Below, one piece after another: positions 8,965-16,124 of a stretch of DNA of 32,000 bases. The notes under the pieces were generated by a model. It saw nothing but the letters and a program-made list of their open reading frames with translations, searched no databases and had not been told where the DNA came from. The DNA lies in contig JACKFV010000001.1 of the NCBI GenBank assembly GCA_020632335.1, positions 120,001 to 152,000 of the forward strand, in the 5' to 3' direction. The position numbers were made by a program, and so were the translations under genes. Within the stretch, counting starts at the first letter, position 1, and every line of letters starts with the position of its first letter. This DNA is from Candidatus Saccharimonadota bacterium (GTDB taxonomy: Bacteria; Patescibacteriota; Gracilibacteria; UBA4473).

Positions 8965-9599
8965 GAGCGGGGGCTAGAGAGACGAGGAGACGACGGTAGC
9001 AAAGGGCTGGGGGTATAGTCGAACTGCAGCTGGAACTGCACGCCCCCCTCCACTGCCGCCACCGGAGACGCCCCCGTACGCCGCGTGGTACTAGCAGCCT
9101 GGACGGTACTCACCACGCTGATGAAGGGATCGGCGGTGTTCTCTTGGAATTTAGAGAGTTTCTCGAGGAACTCTGCTACCGCGTTCAGGTCCGCCCCCAC
9201 CCCGGACGCCGTGATGCGCTGAGAGCTATCCGACGTGAAGTTGATGAAGAAAATGGCGTCGCTCTGCTGGCTGAGCACCGTGCTGACCACCTCGCTCCAG
9301 CGGATGCGGTCCATCTCCAGCTTCTCCAGGATGAACGCCGCAGTGATCTCCGCATTCATTTTCTCCCCCTCACGCAGGTTGAGCGTGGCGGCCTGGGTAT
9401 TACGCACCGAGTCCTGCAGCGCGCTCACCCGCGCCTCGGCCTCACGCCGCTGCTGCCCCAGGAGGAAGGTATACACCCCCAGGGCAATCAGCCCCATCAG
9501 CAGTACTATCTGCCCGAGGAGCAGCAGACCGCTCTGGCGGCGCACAGGGCGCAATGGGGCGCTCTCTGGCGGGAGGGAAGCGACGGGCAGTACAGGCAT
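8961..9599 (-). CDS. PilN-like pilus assembly protein
   Basis: About 212 aa. A short cytoplasmic N-terminus (MPVLPVASLPPE), one TM helix (LLLLGQIVLLMGLIALGVYTFLL), a coiled coil, then an extracytoplasmic domain. The start is taken at the ATG (9597-9599), one codon inside the GTG of the ORF track. Confidence 0.5.
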   Translation of the reverse strand: MPVLPVASLPPESAPLRPVRRQSGLLLLGQIVLLMGLIALGVYTFLLGQQRREAEARVSALQDSVRNTQAATLNLREGEKMNAEITAAFILEKLEMDRIRWSEVVSTVLSQQSDAIFFINFTSDSSQRITASGVGADLNAVAEFLEKLSKFQENTADPFISVVSTVQAASTTRRTGASPVAAVEGGVQFQLQFDYTPSPLLPSSPRLSSPRS

Positions 9600-9618
9600 C
9601 ACAGAGGCTATCAGCTCT

Positions 9619-9648
9619 AGTATAGCTTGAAACCGGACGAGATATCAA
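9619..9648 (-). promoter_or_regulatory. candidate promoter for the pilN-pilO-pilC block (TTGATA-18-TATACT)
   Basis: The minus strand reads TTGATA tctcgtccggtttcaagc TATACT, 19 nt before the ATG at 9599. It overlaps the divergent rpe promoter candidate. Confidence 0.3.
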
Positions 9649-9654
9649 TAGACT
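9627..9654 (+). promoter_or_regulatory. candidate promoter for rpe (TTGAAA-16-TAGACT)
   Basis: TTGAAA (9627-9632), a 16-nt spacer, TAGACT (9649-9654). The rpe ATG is 30 nt downstream. Confidence 0.3.
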
Positions 9655-9684
9655 TGGCTTGCGATTCCTCACCTGTCGTGTCTT

Positions 9685-10332
9685 ATGCAGATCTTCCCCA
9701 GCATCCTCAACGCGTCGTTTGCGGCCCTCCAGCAAGAGATAGACTCGCTCCGGAGCGCCGACAGACTGCATCTGGACGTCATGGACGGGCAGTACGTGCC
9801 GAGTATTTCCTTCGGCCCACAGATGCTGAGCGGCTGCCACTTTCCCCTCCCGATAGAGGTACACCTGATGACCCAGAGCCCCCTGCAGCAGCTGGATGCC
9901 TGCCTGCAAGCCGGTGCCGTGCGGGTGTATATGCACGCCGAGGTACTGATGACCGAGGCGCGGATGCTGGATGCCCTCTACCAGACAGAGCAGAGCGGGG
10001 CAGAGAGCGGCATCGTGCTGGACCTCCAGACCAGTGCAGAGGAGCTCTCAGACGCCGTACTCACCCGTGCAGACGCCGTGCTGCTGATGAGCGTCCAGGC
10101 GGGCGCCGGCGGGCAAGTATTCGACGCTACAGCACTCGAGAAGGCCCAGCTACTGCGTCAGCGGGGCTACACCGGGCAGATAGTACTGGACGGCGGGGTG
10201 ACGAGGCACGTCCTCACCACCCACGACTGCCGCATGGTAGACGGCTGCGTGGTGGGCTCAGCGCTCACGAGCCTCTCCCACAGTGGCCGAGGGCAGATGA
10301 TAGCCGAGCTCCAGAAGCTCTATACCTGTTAA
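9685..10332 (+). CDS. rpe: ribulose-phosphate 3-epimerase
   Basis: 215 aa. PSILNASF...LHLDVMDGQYVPSISFGP, EVHLM, and LDGGVT blocks characteristic of Rpe. Confidence 0.85.
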   Translation: MQIFPSILNASFAALQQEIDSLRSADRLHLDVMDGQYVPSISFGPQMLSGCHFPLPIEVHLMTQSPLQQLDACLQAGAVRVYMHAEVLMTEARMLDALYQTEQSGAESGIVLDLQTSAEELSDAVLTRADAVLLMSVQAGAGGQVFDATALEKAQLLRQRGYTGQIVLDGGVTRHVLTTHDCRMVDGCVVGSALTSLSHSGRGQMIAELQKLYTC

Positions 10333-10334
10333 AG

Positions 10335-10352
10335 GACCCCATCTCTGGGGCC
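10335..10352. terminator. short hairpin between convergent rpe and rpsO
   Basis: CCCCA tctc TGGGG (10337-10350) with flanking partial pairs. There is no clean U-tract on either strand. Confidence 0.3.
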
Positions 10353-10391
10353 TCTCTCTATAGCGTAATACCGTACAGCCAGTAAGGCGCA

Positions 10392-10682
10392 TTACTTCCG
10401 CAGGCCCAGTTCCTTCACCAGCGCGGCGTGCGCCTTGGGGTCGTGCATCTCCATATACCGCAGGAGCTTCCGGCGCTTGCCCACCAGACCGATGAGCCCC
10501 CGGCGCGAGTGCTGGTCTTTGTGGTTTTCCTTCAGGTGCTCGGTCAGCGAAGCGATGCGCTGGGTGAGGACCGCCACCTGCACGGGGGTACTCCCGGTGT
10601 CTTTCTTGTGCGTCTGGTACTGGGTGATCACGTCTTTTTTAGACGCGCCAGAGTCGAGAGTGATGTGTTTTTTCTTGGCCAT
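10392..10682 (-). CDS. rpsO: 30S ribosomal protein S15
   Basis: 96 aa. DTGSTPVQVAVLTQRIASLTEHLKENHKDQHSRRGL and GKRRKLLRY blocks are diagnostic of S15. Confidence 0.95.
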   Translation of the reverse strand: MAKKKHITLDSGASKKDVITQYQTHKKDTGSTPVQVAVLTQRIASLTEHLKENHKDQHSRRGLIGLVGKRRKLLRYMEMHDPKAHAALVKELGLRK

Positions 10683-10691
10683 GCAGGCTGT

Positions 10692-10719
10692 TCTATACTG
10701 AGAAAGAGTGCTCCGTCAA
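10692..10719 (-). promoter_or_regulatory. candidate promoter for rpsO (TTGACG-16-TATAGA)
   Basis: The minus strand reads TTGACG gagcactctttctcag TATAGA acagcctgc ATG. The -10 element ends 9 nt before the ATG. Confidence 0.5.
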
Positions 10720-10727
10720 GGGGACAA

Positions 10728-10802
10728 TGGTGACCTCGCCTAGAATCGAACTAGGATTTTAGGTTCCGCAAACCTACGTTCTATCCGTTGAACTACGAGA
10801 TC
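10728..10802 (-). tRNA. tRNA-Arg, anticodon GCG, 3'-CCA encoded
   Basis: Hand-folded from the reverse complement: GATCTCG TA GTTC AACGGATA GAAC G TAGGT TTGCGGA ACCTA AAAT CCTAG TTCGATT CTAGG CGAGGTC A CCA. All four stems pair (one G-U in the acceptor stem). The anticodon loop is UU-GCG-GA. Confidence 0.9.
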
Positions 10803-10820
10803 ACATGAAAGAGCGCTGCG

Positions 10821-10848
10821 ATACTAGTGCGCGGAGGGGCGATGTCAA
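10821..10848 (-). promoter_or_regulatory. candidate promoter for tRNA-Arg (TTGACA-16-TAGTAT)
   Basis: The minus strand reads TTGACA tcgcccctccgcgcac TAGTAT. The -10 element ends 18 nt upstream of the mature tRNA 5' end. Confidence 0.55.
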
Positions 10849-10873
10849 CTGCTTCGCCCTCACCCGTCACCCC

Positions 10874-11281
10874 CTAGCCAAAGAAGAGCGCTCGCCACTT
10901 CTCGGGGATGGTACGCTCTCGTAGAGACTCGATTTCCTCGGGTATGGGGGAGCGCTCTAGCGTCGCCTGCTGGAGGTATGAGGGGCTCTGCCGGTGGATC
11001 ACAATCACCTCCTCCCCCGCCTCCATCCGCCCCAGCTGCGCCTTGGCCTCCTTGGTAATGCGCTCCGGGGTCTGCAAATACGAGAGATACTGCTCCTTCT
11101 GGAGGATGTCCTCCCGCAGCGCTTCATTCTGCGCCTCTATGGCATAGATCTCCTTGCGGATCTTCTCGGTCTGGTGCAGGGTGATACTCAGCGAGTAGAG
11201 CAGCCACAGCACCAGCCCCCCCAGTGCGAGCAGCACGCCGGTACGCCACTGGGCCTGAGTCTGCGGAGGAGAGGCAGCCAT
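10874..11281 (-). CDS. septum formation initiator family protein (FtsB/DivIC-like)
   Basis: 135 aa. One N-terminal TM helix (VLLALGGLVLWLLYSL), a coiled coil (KIRKEIYAIEAQNEALREDILQKEQ), then ERITKEAKAQLGRMEAGEEVIVI, which matches the conserved FtsB/DivIC C-terminal block. Confidence 0.75.
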   Translation of the reverse strand: MAASPPQTQAQWRTGVLLALGGLVLWLLYSLSITLHQTEKIRKEIYAIEAQNEALREDILQKEQYLSYLQTPERITKEAKAQLGRMEAGEEVIVIHRQSPSYLQQATLERSPIPEEIESLRERTIPEKWRALFFG

Positions 11282-11290
11282 ACGCGCCGC

Positions 11291-11319
11291 AGCGTACTCG
11301 GCCGGGCACTGGCTGTAAA
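11291..11319 (-). promoter_or_regulatory. candidate promoter for the ftsB-like gene (TTTACA-17-TACGCT)
   Basis: The minus strand reads TTTACA gccagtgcccggccgag TACGCT gcggcgcgt ATG, with 9 nt between the -10 element and the ATG. Confidence 0.4.
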
Positions 11320-11323
11320 GAGG

Positions 11324-11352
11324 TTGACGAACGCCCCCACATACCCTATACA
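11324..11352 (+). promoter_or_regulatory. orphan promoter-like element (TTGACG-17-TATACA) with no ORF behind it
   Basis: TTGACG (11324-11329), a 17-nt spacer, TATACA (11347-11352). The next credible start codon (11580) has its own promoter-like element, which leaves about 190 nt unexplained. Confidence 0.35.
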
Positions 11353-11545
11353 GAGAGTACGAGAAAGACGAGGGTGTACGCCGAAGATGATCTTTTCAGC
11401 AGACGGATACTTCTTTTTTGAAACAGTTCTGATGAAGGGCCGAGCGAAACAGTGCCGTCTGCGGACAGTACGTATGCTCACCCACTTACGTTATCGTCAG
11501 AAAGGGTATCCTCGTTCTGCGGGTCGGCACCTTGGTCTTTTTCGC

Positions 11546-11573
11546 TTGCGGAGGGAATATACCCCTCTACACT
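11546..11573 (+). promoter_or_regulatory. candidate leaderless promoter for the O-antigen-ligase-like gene (TTGCGG-16-TACACT-6-ATG)
   Basis: TTGCGG agggaatatacccctc TACACT gctgct ATG (11580). Confidence 0.45.
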
Positions 11574-11579
11574 GCTGCT

Positions 11580-12800
11580 ATGCGGTTTCTCTCTGCAGTA
11601 CTCGCGGTCATTATGGGACTCTTCGGCCTGCTGCTGCCCTGGCACGGCTTGCTGAGCGTGTTGCTGCCCGAGTCTCTCAGCAGCCTACGCCTCTGGAAGG
11701 AAGCCCTCTTGGCGCTCCTCGGGTTCATCGCTCTGGGGCAGTACCTGGCAGCAAGCATCGCACAGCGCCGCCTGCAGCCCCTCCCGTGGGTGACGCTCCT
11801 CAGCCTCCTGCTGCTCCTCTGGGGGGGCGTGGCTCTGCTGACCACTCCTATAGCTAGCCCCTACGCCGTGCAAGCGCTGCGCTCCCTGCTGCTGGGGCCA
11901 CTGGTGCTGGGGGTTATCACCGCTCTGCCGCCCCGCTACCGGGTGCCACTGAGTACCTTTATGACTCCATTGATCATCAGTACGGTGCTGGGGGTGGTAT
12001 TCGGGCTGTGGGCCTGGGGAGACGGATTTGCCGTGCTCAGCCAGTGGTATAGCCCTACCATCAGCAGCTGGGTGCCCGGGCAGACGCTCCCGCTCTACCA
12101 CGAGGCCTGGGGGCTACCGCGTATGCAGGGCGGTGCGAGCGGCCCGGTGGCCTTTGCGCATATGCTGCTCATCGCGCTCTGGGGGCTTTATTACCACCCG
12201 CCACGCTGGCCACAGTGGCTGCGTACCCTGTGCGGAGTGGTGCTGCTGCTGGGCATTGGGCTGAGCTTTACCCGCGCGGTGTGGCTGGTGCTGGCGCTCT
12301 GGGGGCTCTGGCAGTGGCATGTGCGGCGGCCACTGCGGCGCTGGCAGTGGGGCGGCATCCTACTGCTGGGGGCGCTGGCACTCAGTGTGCTCCTCCCTCG
12401 AGCAGGTACAGTGCACCACGTCACGGCTCCGATGGCGGTAGTACAGCACTTCACCCAGCAGGCCACGCCAGGGCAGTACCTCACTGGTAGGTTGGGGAGT
12501 ATAGGCCCCGCGGCGCGTATGCAGGCCATGGCCGAGCAGGGCACTGACCGCGCGCCCATCGCTGAGAATGTGTGGCTGGATGTCCTGGTACAGCTAGGAG
12601 GGGTGGGGCTCCTGCTCATGATCATGCTCTGGTGGCAGACCTACAGAGGGCTGGAGGAGGCTGCGCAGGGGCTGCTGCTGGGCTTTGTACTGCTGACGAA
12701 TATGGCCACGCTCTTCGATATGACGCCGCTGAGCCTGAGTTTTTTCCTCGCGCTGGGGCTCAGCTATCGCCCTCGTACGTCACGGGTTGCGCCAGTGTGA
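11580..12800 (+). CDS. O-antigen ligase-like (Wzy_C domain) polytopic membrane protein
   Basis: About 406 aa with at least 10 hydrophobic helices. The central block GIGLSFTRAVWLVLALWGL followed by a hydrophilic loop is typical of WaaL/Wzy_C/PglL-type proteins. The start was moved from the TTG at 11532 to the ATG at 11580, which has promoter support. Confidence 0.6.
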   Translation: MRFLSAVLAVIMGLFGLLLPWHGLLSVLLPESLSSLRLWKEALLALLGFIALGQYLAASIAQRRLQPLPWVTLLSLLLLLWGGVALLTTPIASPYAVQALRSLLLGPLVLGVITALPPRYRVPLSTFMTPLIISTVLGVVFGLWAWGDGFAVLSQWYSPTISSWVPGQTLPLYHEAWGLPRMQGGASGPVAFAHMLLIALWGLYYHPPRWPQWLRTLCGVVLLLGIGLSFTRAVWLVLALWGLWQWHVRRPLRRWQWGGILLLGALALSVLLPRAGTVHHVTAPMAVVQHFTQQATPGQYLTGRLGSIGPAARMQAMAEQGTDRAPIAENVWLDVLVQLGGVGLLLMIMLWWQTYRGLEEAAQGLLLGFVLLTNMATLFDMTPLSLSFFLALGLSYRPRTSRVAPV

Positions 12801-14220
12801 GCGTCCTGGGGAGTTTATTCTTGAGCTTCTTGCCGCCTTCCATCACCCGCCCCAGCCCCACACACCGCCCCCGGTAATGCACCAGGACCTCACTGCTATC
12901 CGGCCAGGGGAGGGCCACGTCGAGTAGGTCATAGCCCTGGAGCCAGCGGCCATACTGCGCGTCGGTGAGGGGGTATAGCTGCGCAGTTGCCAGTGCCCCG
13001 AGCGCCATCGCCGCACTGTGGGTGAGGTGATTATTCGCATCCAGCAGTGGCATACCGGGCCTATTGACGATACTCCGACGGAGGAACCCCGCTCCCAGCG
13101 CGGTGGTCAGCCACACTCCCTGGGGGGTCTGCAGCAAGCTGTAGGGTCTGAGCGCCTCCTTGGGGATGCCAAACCGCTTGTAGAGCTGCGTAATGATCCG
13201 CGCCTTCTCCTGCTTCTTCAGCAGCTGTGGAGGGTGGAGGCTGGTCTGTTTCTCGGCTCTGCTGGTGGTGGGAGCGGTCTTCTGCAGCGTTATCATGCCA
13301 AAGCACTCCGAGTCCCACATCTCGCTCCGCAGGTGGGGGTAGAGCCGCGTGTAGTGCTCGCTCACCTCGGGAGGGATACCTTGCCCCTGCCACTGCGTGA
13401 CCCCCTTGGCATGGGGGAGCCCCGCTGGCAGGTGCGGTGGCAGCACCGTTACGGCCCCCGGGTAGCGCGCCAGCAGCCCCGCCACAATACACTCGTTCTC
13501 CTCGGGGGCGGTGGTGCAGGTGCTGTAGTGGAGGATCCCCCCCACCCGGAGTGCCAGGAGCGCCTCCTCGATGAGCTGCTGCTGGAGCCTAGCAGCAGTC
13601 AAGATGCTTCGCTCACTCCACATCTGGCTGAAGAAACTACTGTCTTTGCGTCCGTGCCCCTCACTACTGCAGGGGGCGTCTACCAGCACCAGGTCGAACT
13701 CGCTCTCGGTGTACTGGCGGAGCTTAGCGCCATTCCACTGGGTGAGGATGACATTCTGGCACCCCAGCCGCTCTATATTGCTGGCCAGCTTCTGCAGGCG
13801 GCTACTGCTGGGCTCATTGGCCACCACCAGCCCCTCAGGCCCCACCATTTGGCTCAGCAGCGTGGTTTTACTCCCCGGCGCCGCGCAGAGGTCCAGTACC
13901 TTCCAGCCGCGTATATCCCCCAGCGCGTAGACGTCTAAGAGGCTGCTGAGCGTCGCGCTGTATACCTCCCCGCTGAAGTGCTCCAGGGTATTCCCCAGCC
14001 GTACTTTCTCCGCAGCAGTGGCAGGCCGAGGGAGGAGATGCGTGCGTGGGAGGAGGGTCTGCTGCGCGTGCCAGGCAGCGGGAGGCGCCGCATATGCTGC
14101 CCGTTGGGTCAGCCGGAAGCTCTTAGGCAGTGGCGCCGTGCACCAGTGGAGGAAAGGCTCTCGCTCTGCCGGGGGGAGGAGCGCCTCTACTCGAGCGAGA
14201 AACGGAGCAGGAAAACTCAT
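12760..14220 (-). CDS. RsmB/RsmF (NOL1/NOP2/Sun) family RNA m5C methyltransferase
   Basis: SAM-binding VLDLCAAPGSKTT, the catalytic motif IV LVDAPCSSEG, and motif VI YSTCT. The long C-terminal extension resembles RsmF. The start was moved from 14304 to the ATG at 14220 (MSFPAPFLARVEALL). Confidence 0.85.
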   Translation of the reverse strand: MSFPAPFLARVEALLPPAEREPFLHWCTAPLPKSFRLTQRAAYAAPPAAWHAQQTLLPRTHLLPRPATAAEKVRLGNTLEHFSGEVYSATLSSLLDVYALGDIRGWKVLDLCAAPGSKTTLLSQMVGPEGLVVANEPSSSRLQKLASNIERLGCQNVILTQWNGAKLRQYTESEFDLVLVDAPCSSEGHGRKDSSFFSQMWSERSILTAARLQQQLIEEALLALRVGGILHYSTCTTAPEENECIVAGLLARYPGAVTVLPPHLPAGLPHAKGVTQWQGQGIPPEVSEHYTRLYPHLRSEMWDSECFGMITLQKTAPTTSRAEKQTSLHPPQLLKKQEKARIITQLYKRFGIPKEALRPYSLLQTPQGVWLTTALGAGFLRRSIVNRPGMPLLDANNHLTHSAAMALGALATAQLYPLTDAQYGRWLQGYDLLDVALPWPDSSEVLVHYRGRCVGLGRVMEGGKKLKNKLPRTLTLAQPVTYEGDS

Positions 14221-14227
14221 ACCCGGT

Positions 14228-14255
14228 ACTGTAGCGCTTCTCCTCCTCCTGCCAA
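14228..14255 (-). promoter_or_regulatory. candidate leaderless promoter for the rsmF-like gene (TTGGCA-16-TACAGT-7-ATG)
   Basis: The minus strand reads TTGGCA ggaggaggagaagcgc TACAGT accgggt ATG. Confidence 0.5.
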
Positions 14256-14291
14256 GCCAAGTACTCCGAGGACAAAGACAATTATTTTCGC

Positions 14292-14320
14292 TAGACAACC
14301 GCACACTCTCGTAGTACAGT
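14292..14320 (+). promoter_or_regulatory. candidate leaderless promoter for the ABC exporter (TAGACA-17-TACAGT-7-ATG)
   Basis: TAGACA accgcacactctcgtag TACAGT aggcccc ATG (14328). Confidence 0.45.
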
Positions 14321-14327
14321 AGGCCCC

Positions 14328-16124
14328 ATGAGCGCCAAGAAAAACAGTATTCGTCGCTTCTGGTCCTACCTCTGGCAGATGATACAGCGCTACCCCGCGT
14401 TTGGCTGGCAGCGGCTTTTTCTCCTTATTACCAGGGTCATCACGACCTTTATATGGTCGGTATACTCGCCCATACTCTTTGCCAAGATTGTGGACATCCT
14501 CACCGACGCAGCTGACAAGCAGGCCGCTCTCACCCTGCTCTGGCCCAAGGTGACGGTCTACTTCGGGCTCAGCATAGGCGCTACTATCCTCAGTAAGATT
14601 GGCCAGCACCTGGGGTCCTACTATGGCCCACACTTCGCACAGGTGACCCGCCTCTATGCCCTGGAGGTACTGGAGCAGAAGTCTGCGCAGTTCTACGCGA
14701 GTAACCATGTGGGCGCTATCCTGAATAAAGCCAACCGGTTGGAGAGGGCCATCTGGGGACTGAATGATTTCGTCTTTACCCTGCTGGAGGTGACCGTCAC
14801 CATGGTGGGGGTGCTGGTGGCGCTCTACCTGCTCCTCCCCTCGCTCACTGGCTGGGCACTGCTGTGGATAGTGGCCTTCACCGTACTCACCTCTGTCTAC
14901 ACCTGGTGGAAGCACCGCTATGACCTCGTCCGCGCCGAGAACTCCAGTAAGATGAACGGCTTCTTCGCTGATACCATCGGGAATATGATGCTGGTAAAGG
15001 CCTTCGCGGCCGAGAAGCCCGAGTACCAACAGTACGAGAAAGTCTCCGGCCAGTACCGCGATAGCGGCATCACGGCCTATCAGCTGGGGGCACTGCAGGG
15101 TACGGCCACGTCGCTCCTCATCCAGGGGGCTAACTGGGGCGTCTTCACCTACCTCATCATGCAGTGGGGGCTGGACCTGCTGAGTGTGGGCTACATCATA
15201 ATGGTTACGCGCTACTTCTGGGCCATTACGGGTAGCTTGTCTAACATCGGGGAGCAGTTCAATACCGCGTCTGAGCACCTCTCCAATGCGATGGAGATGC
15301 TGGATATCTTCGATGAATCCATAGAGGTACAAGACCCTCCTCATCCCGAACCCTGCCGTATCACTGGCGGGAGCATCACCTTCAACGGGGTAGACTTCAC
15401 CTATGAGATGGAGGGCAAAGAGGTCTTCCAGGGCCTGAACCTCACCGTGCCAGCGGGCCAGCGGGTGGGCATCGTCGGCCCCAGTGGGAGCGGAAAGAGC
15501 ACGCTGATGAAGCTCCTGCTGCGCTTTGCAGACCCCGAGAAAGGCACCATCAGCATCGACGGGCAAGACATAGCGCGCATCACCCAGGCGTCACTACGGG
15601 AGCACATCACCTACGTGCCGCAGGACCCCATGCTCTTCCACCGGAGCCTGGCCGAGAATATCCGCTACGGAGACCCGAACGCTAGCGACGAGCAACTGGC
15701 CGAGGCCGCCAGACTGGCCCATGCCAGCAGCTTCATCGACGTCCTGCCGGAGGGGTATGCCACCCTGGTGGGCGAGCGCGGGGTGAAGCTCAGCGGCGGA
15801 GAACGCCAGCGGGTAGCCATTGCCCGGGCCATGCTGAAGCAGGCACCGCTCCTCCTGCTGGATGAGGCCACCAGCGCGCTGGATACCCAGTCTGAGCGCT
15901 ATATACAAGACGCCCTGGAGACACTCATGCGGGGGCGTACCACGGTGGTCGTCGCGCATCGGCTGAGCACCATCATGCAGATGGACCGCATCATCGTGAT
16001 GGACAAGGGGCAGATAGTCGAGGACGGCCCGCATGAAGCGCTCCTGGCAGCCGGAGGGCTCTACGCTACGCTGTGGGAGCACCAGACCGATGGCTTCCTC
16101 GCAGAGGACCCCCAGCAATCATGA
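14328..16124 (+). CDS. ABC transporter, fused permease/ATPase (type I exporter, MsbA/multidrug-like)
   Basis: 598 aa. An N-terminal 6-TM domain, Walker A GPSGSGKST, the signature LSGGERQR, Walker B LLLLDEATSALD, and an H-loop at VVAHR. Confidence 0.92.
   Translation: MSAKKNSIRRFWSYLWQMIQRYPAFGWQRLFLLITRVITTFIWSVYSPILFAKIVDILTDAADKQAALTLLWPKVTVYFGLSIGATILSKIGQHLGSYYGPHFAQVTRLYALEVLEQKSAQFYASNHVGAILNKANRLERAIWGLNDFVFTLLEVTVTMVGVLVALYLLLPSLTGWALLWIVAFTVLTSVYTWWKHRYDLVRAENSSKMNGFFADTIGNMMLVKAFAAEKPEYQQYEKVSGQYRDSGITAYQLGALQGTATSLLIQGANWGVFTYLIMQWGLDLLSVGYIIMVTRYFWAITGSLSNIGEQFNTASEHLSNAMEMLDIFDESIEVQDPPHPEPCRITGGSITFNGVDFTYEMEGKEVFQGLNLTVPAGQRVGIVGPSGSGKSTLMKLLLRFADPEKGTISIDGQDIARITQASLREHITYVPQDPMLFHRSLAENIRYGDPNASDEQLAEAARLAHASSFIDVLPEGYATLVGERGVKLSGGERQRVAIARAMLKQAPLLLLDEATSALDTQSERYIQDALETLMRGRTTVVVAHRLSTIMQMDRIIVMDKGQIVEDGPHEALLAAGGLYATLWEHQTDGFLAEDPQQS

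Noticed and set aside
9627-10385. 252-aa plus-strand ORF overlapping rpe in another frame
   Set aside because: The product is Arg/Pro/Ala-rich and low-complexity. The rpe frame carries the diagnostic epimerase motifs.
11429-11450. Hammerhead-ribozyme-like core: CTGATGA ... GAAAC inside the stem formed by 11397-11406 and 11455-11464
   Set aside because: The 10 nt between CUGAUGA and GAAA (AGGGCCGAGC) cannot form a stem II. The flanks do not give a stem III with the required A15.1-U16.1 pair and UH cleavage site, and no stem I hairpin precedes the core. Only the two short conserved strings match.
10994-11857. 287-aa plus-strand ORF spanning the ftsB antisense strand, the spacer and the start of the ligase-like gene; also small ORFs at 11224-11421, 11452-11655 and 11188-11481
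   Set aside because: The products are Arg-rich and low-complexity. The ORFs cross two better-supported genes and lack start-codon context. The spacer is treated as non-coding.
14217-15566. 449-aa ORF antisense to the ABC exporter. Similar long antisense ORFs occur at 13018-13938, 18854-19921, 21034-21930, 23319-24026, 25379-26437, 27489-28400 and 30727-31686.
   Set aside because: Each lies opposite a gene with strong family motifs or better coding signals. Their products are Arg/Gly/His/Cys- or Ser/Ala/Cys-rich, as expected for shadow frames of high-GC genes, and none has a promoter-like start context.
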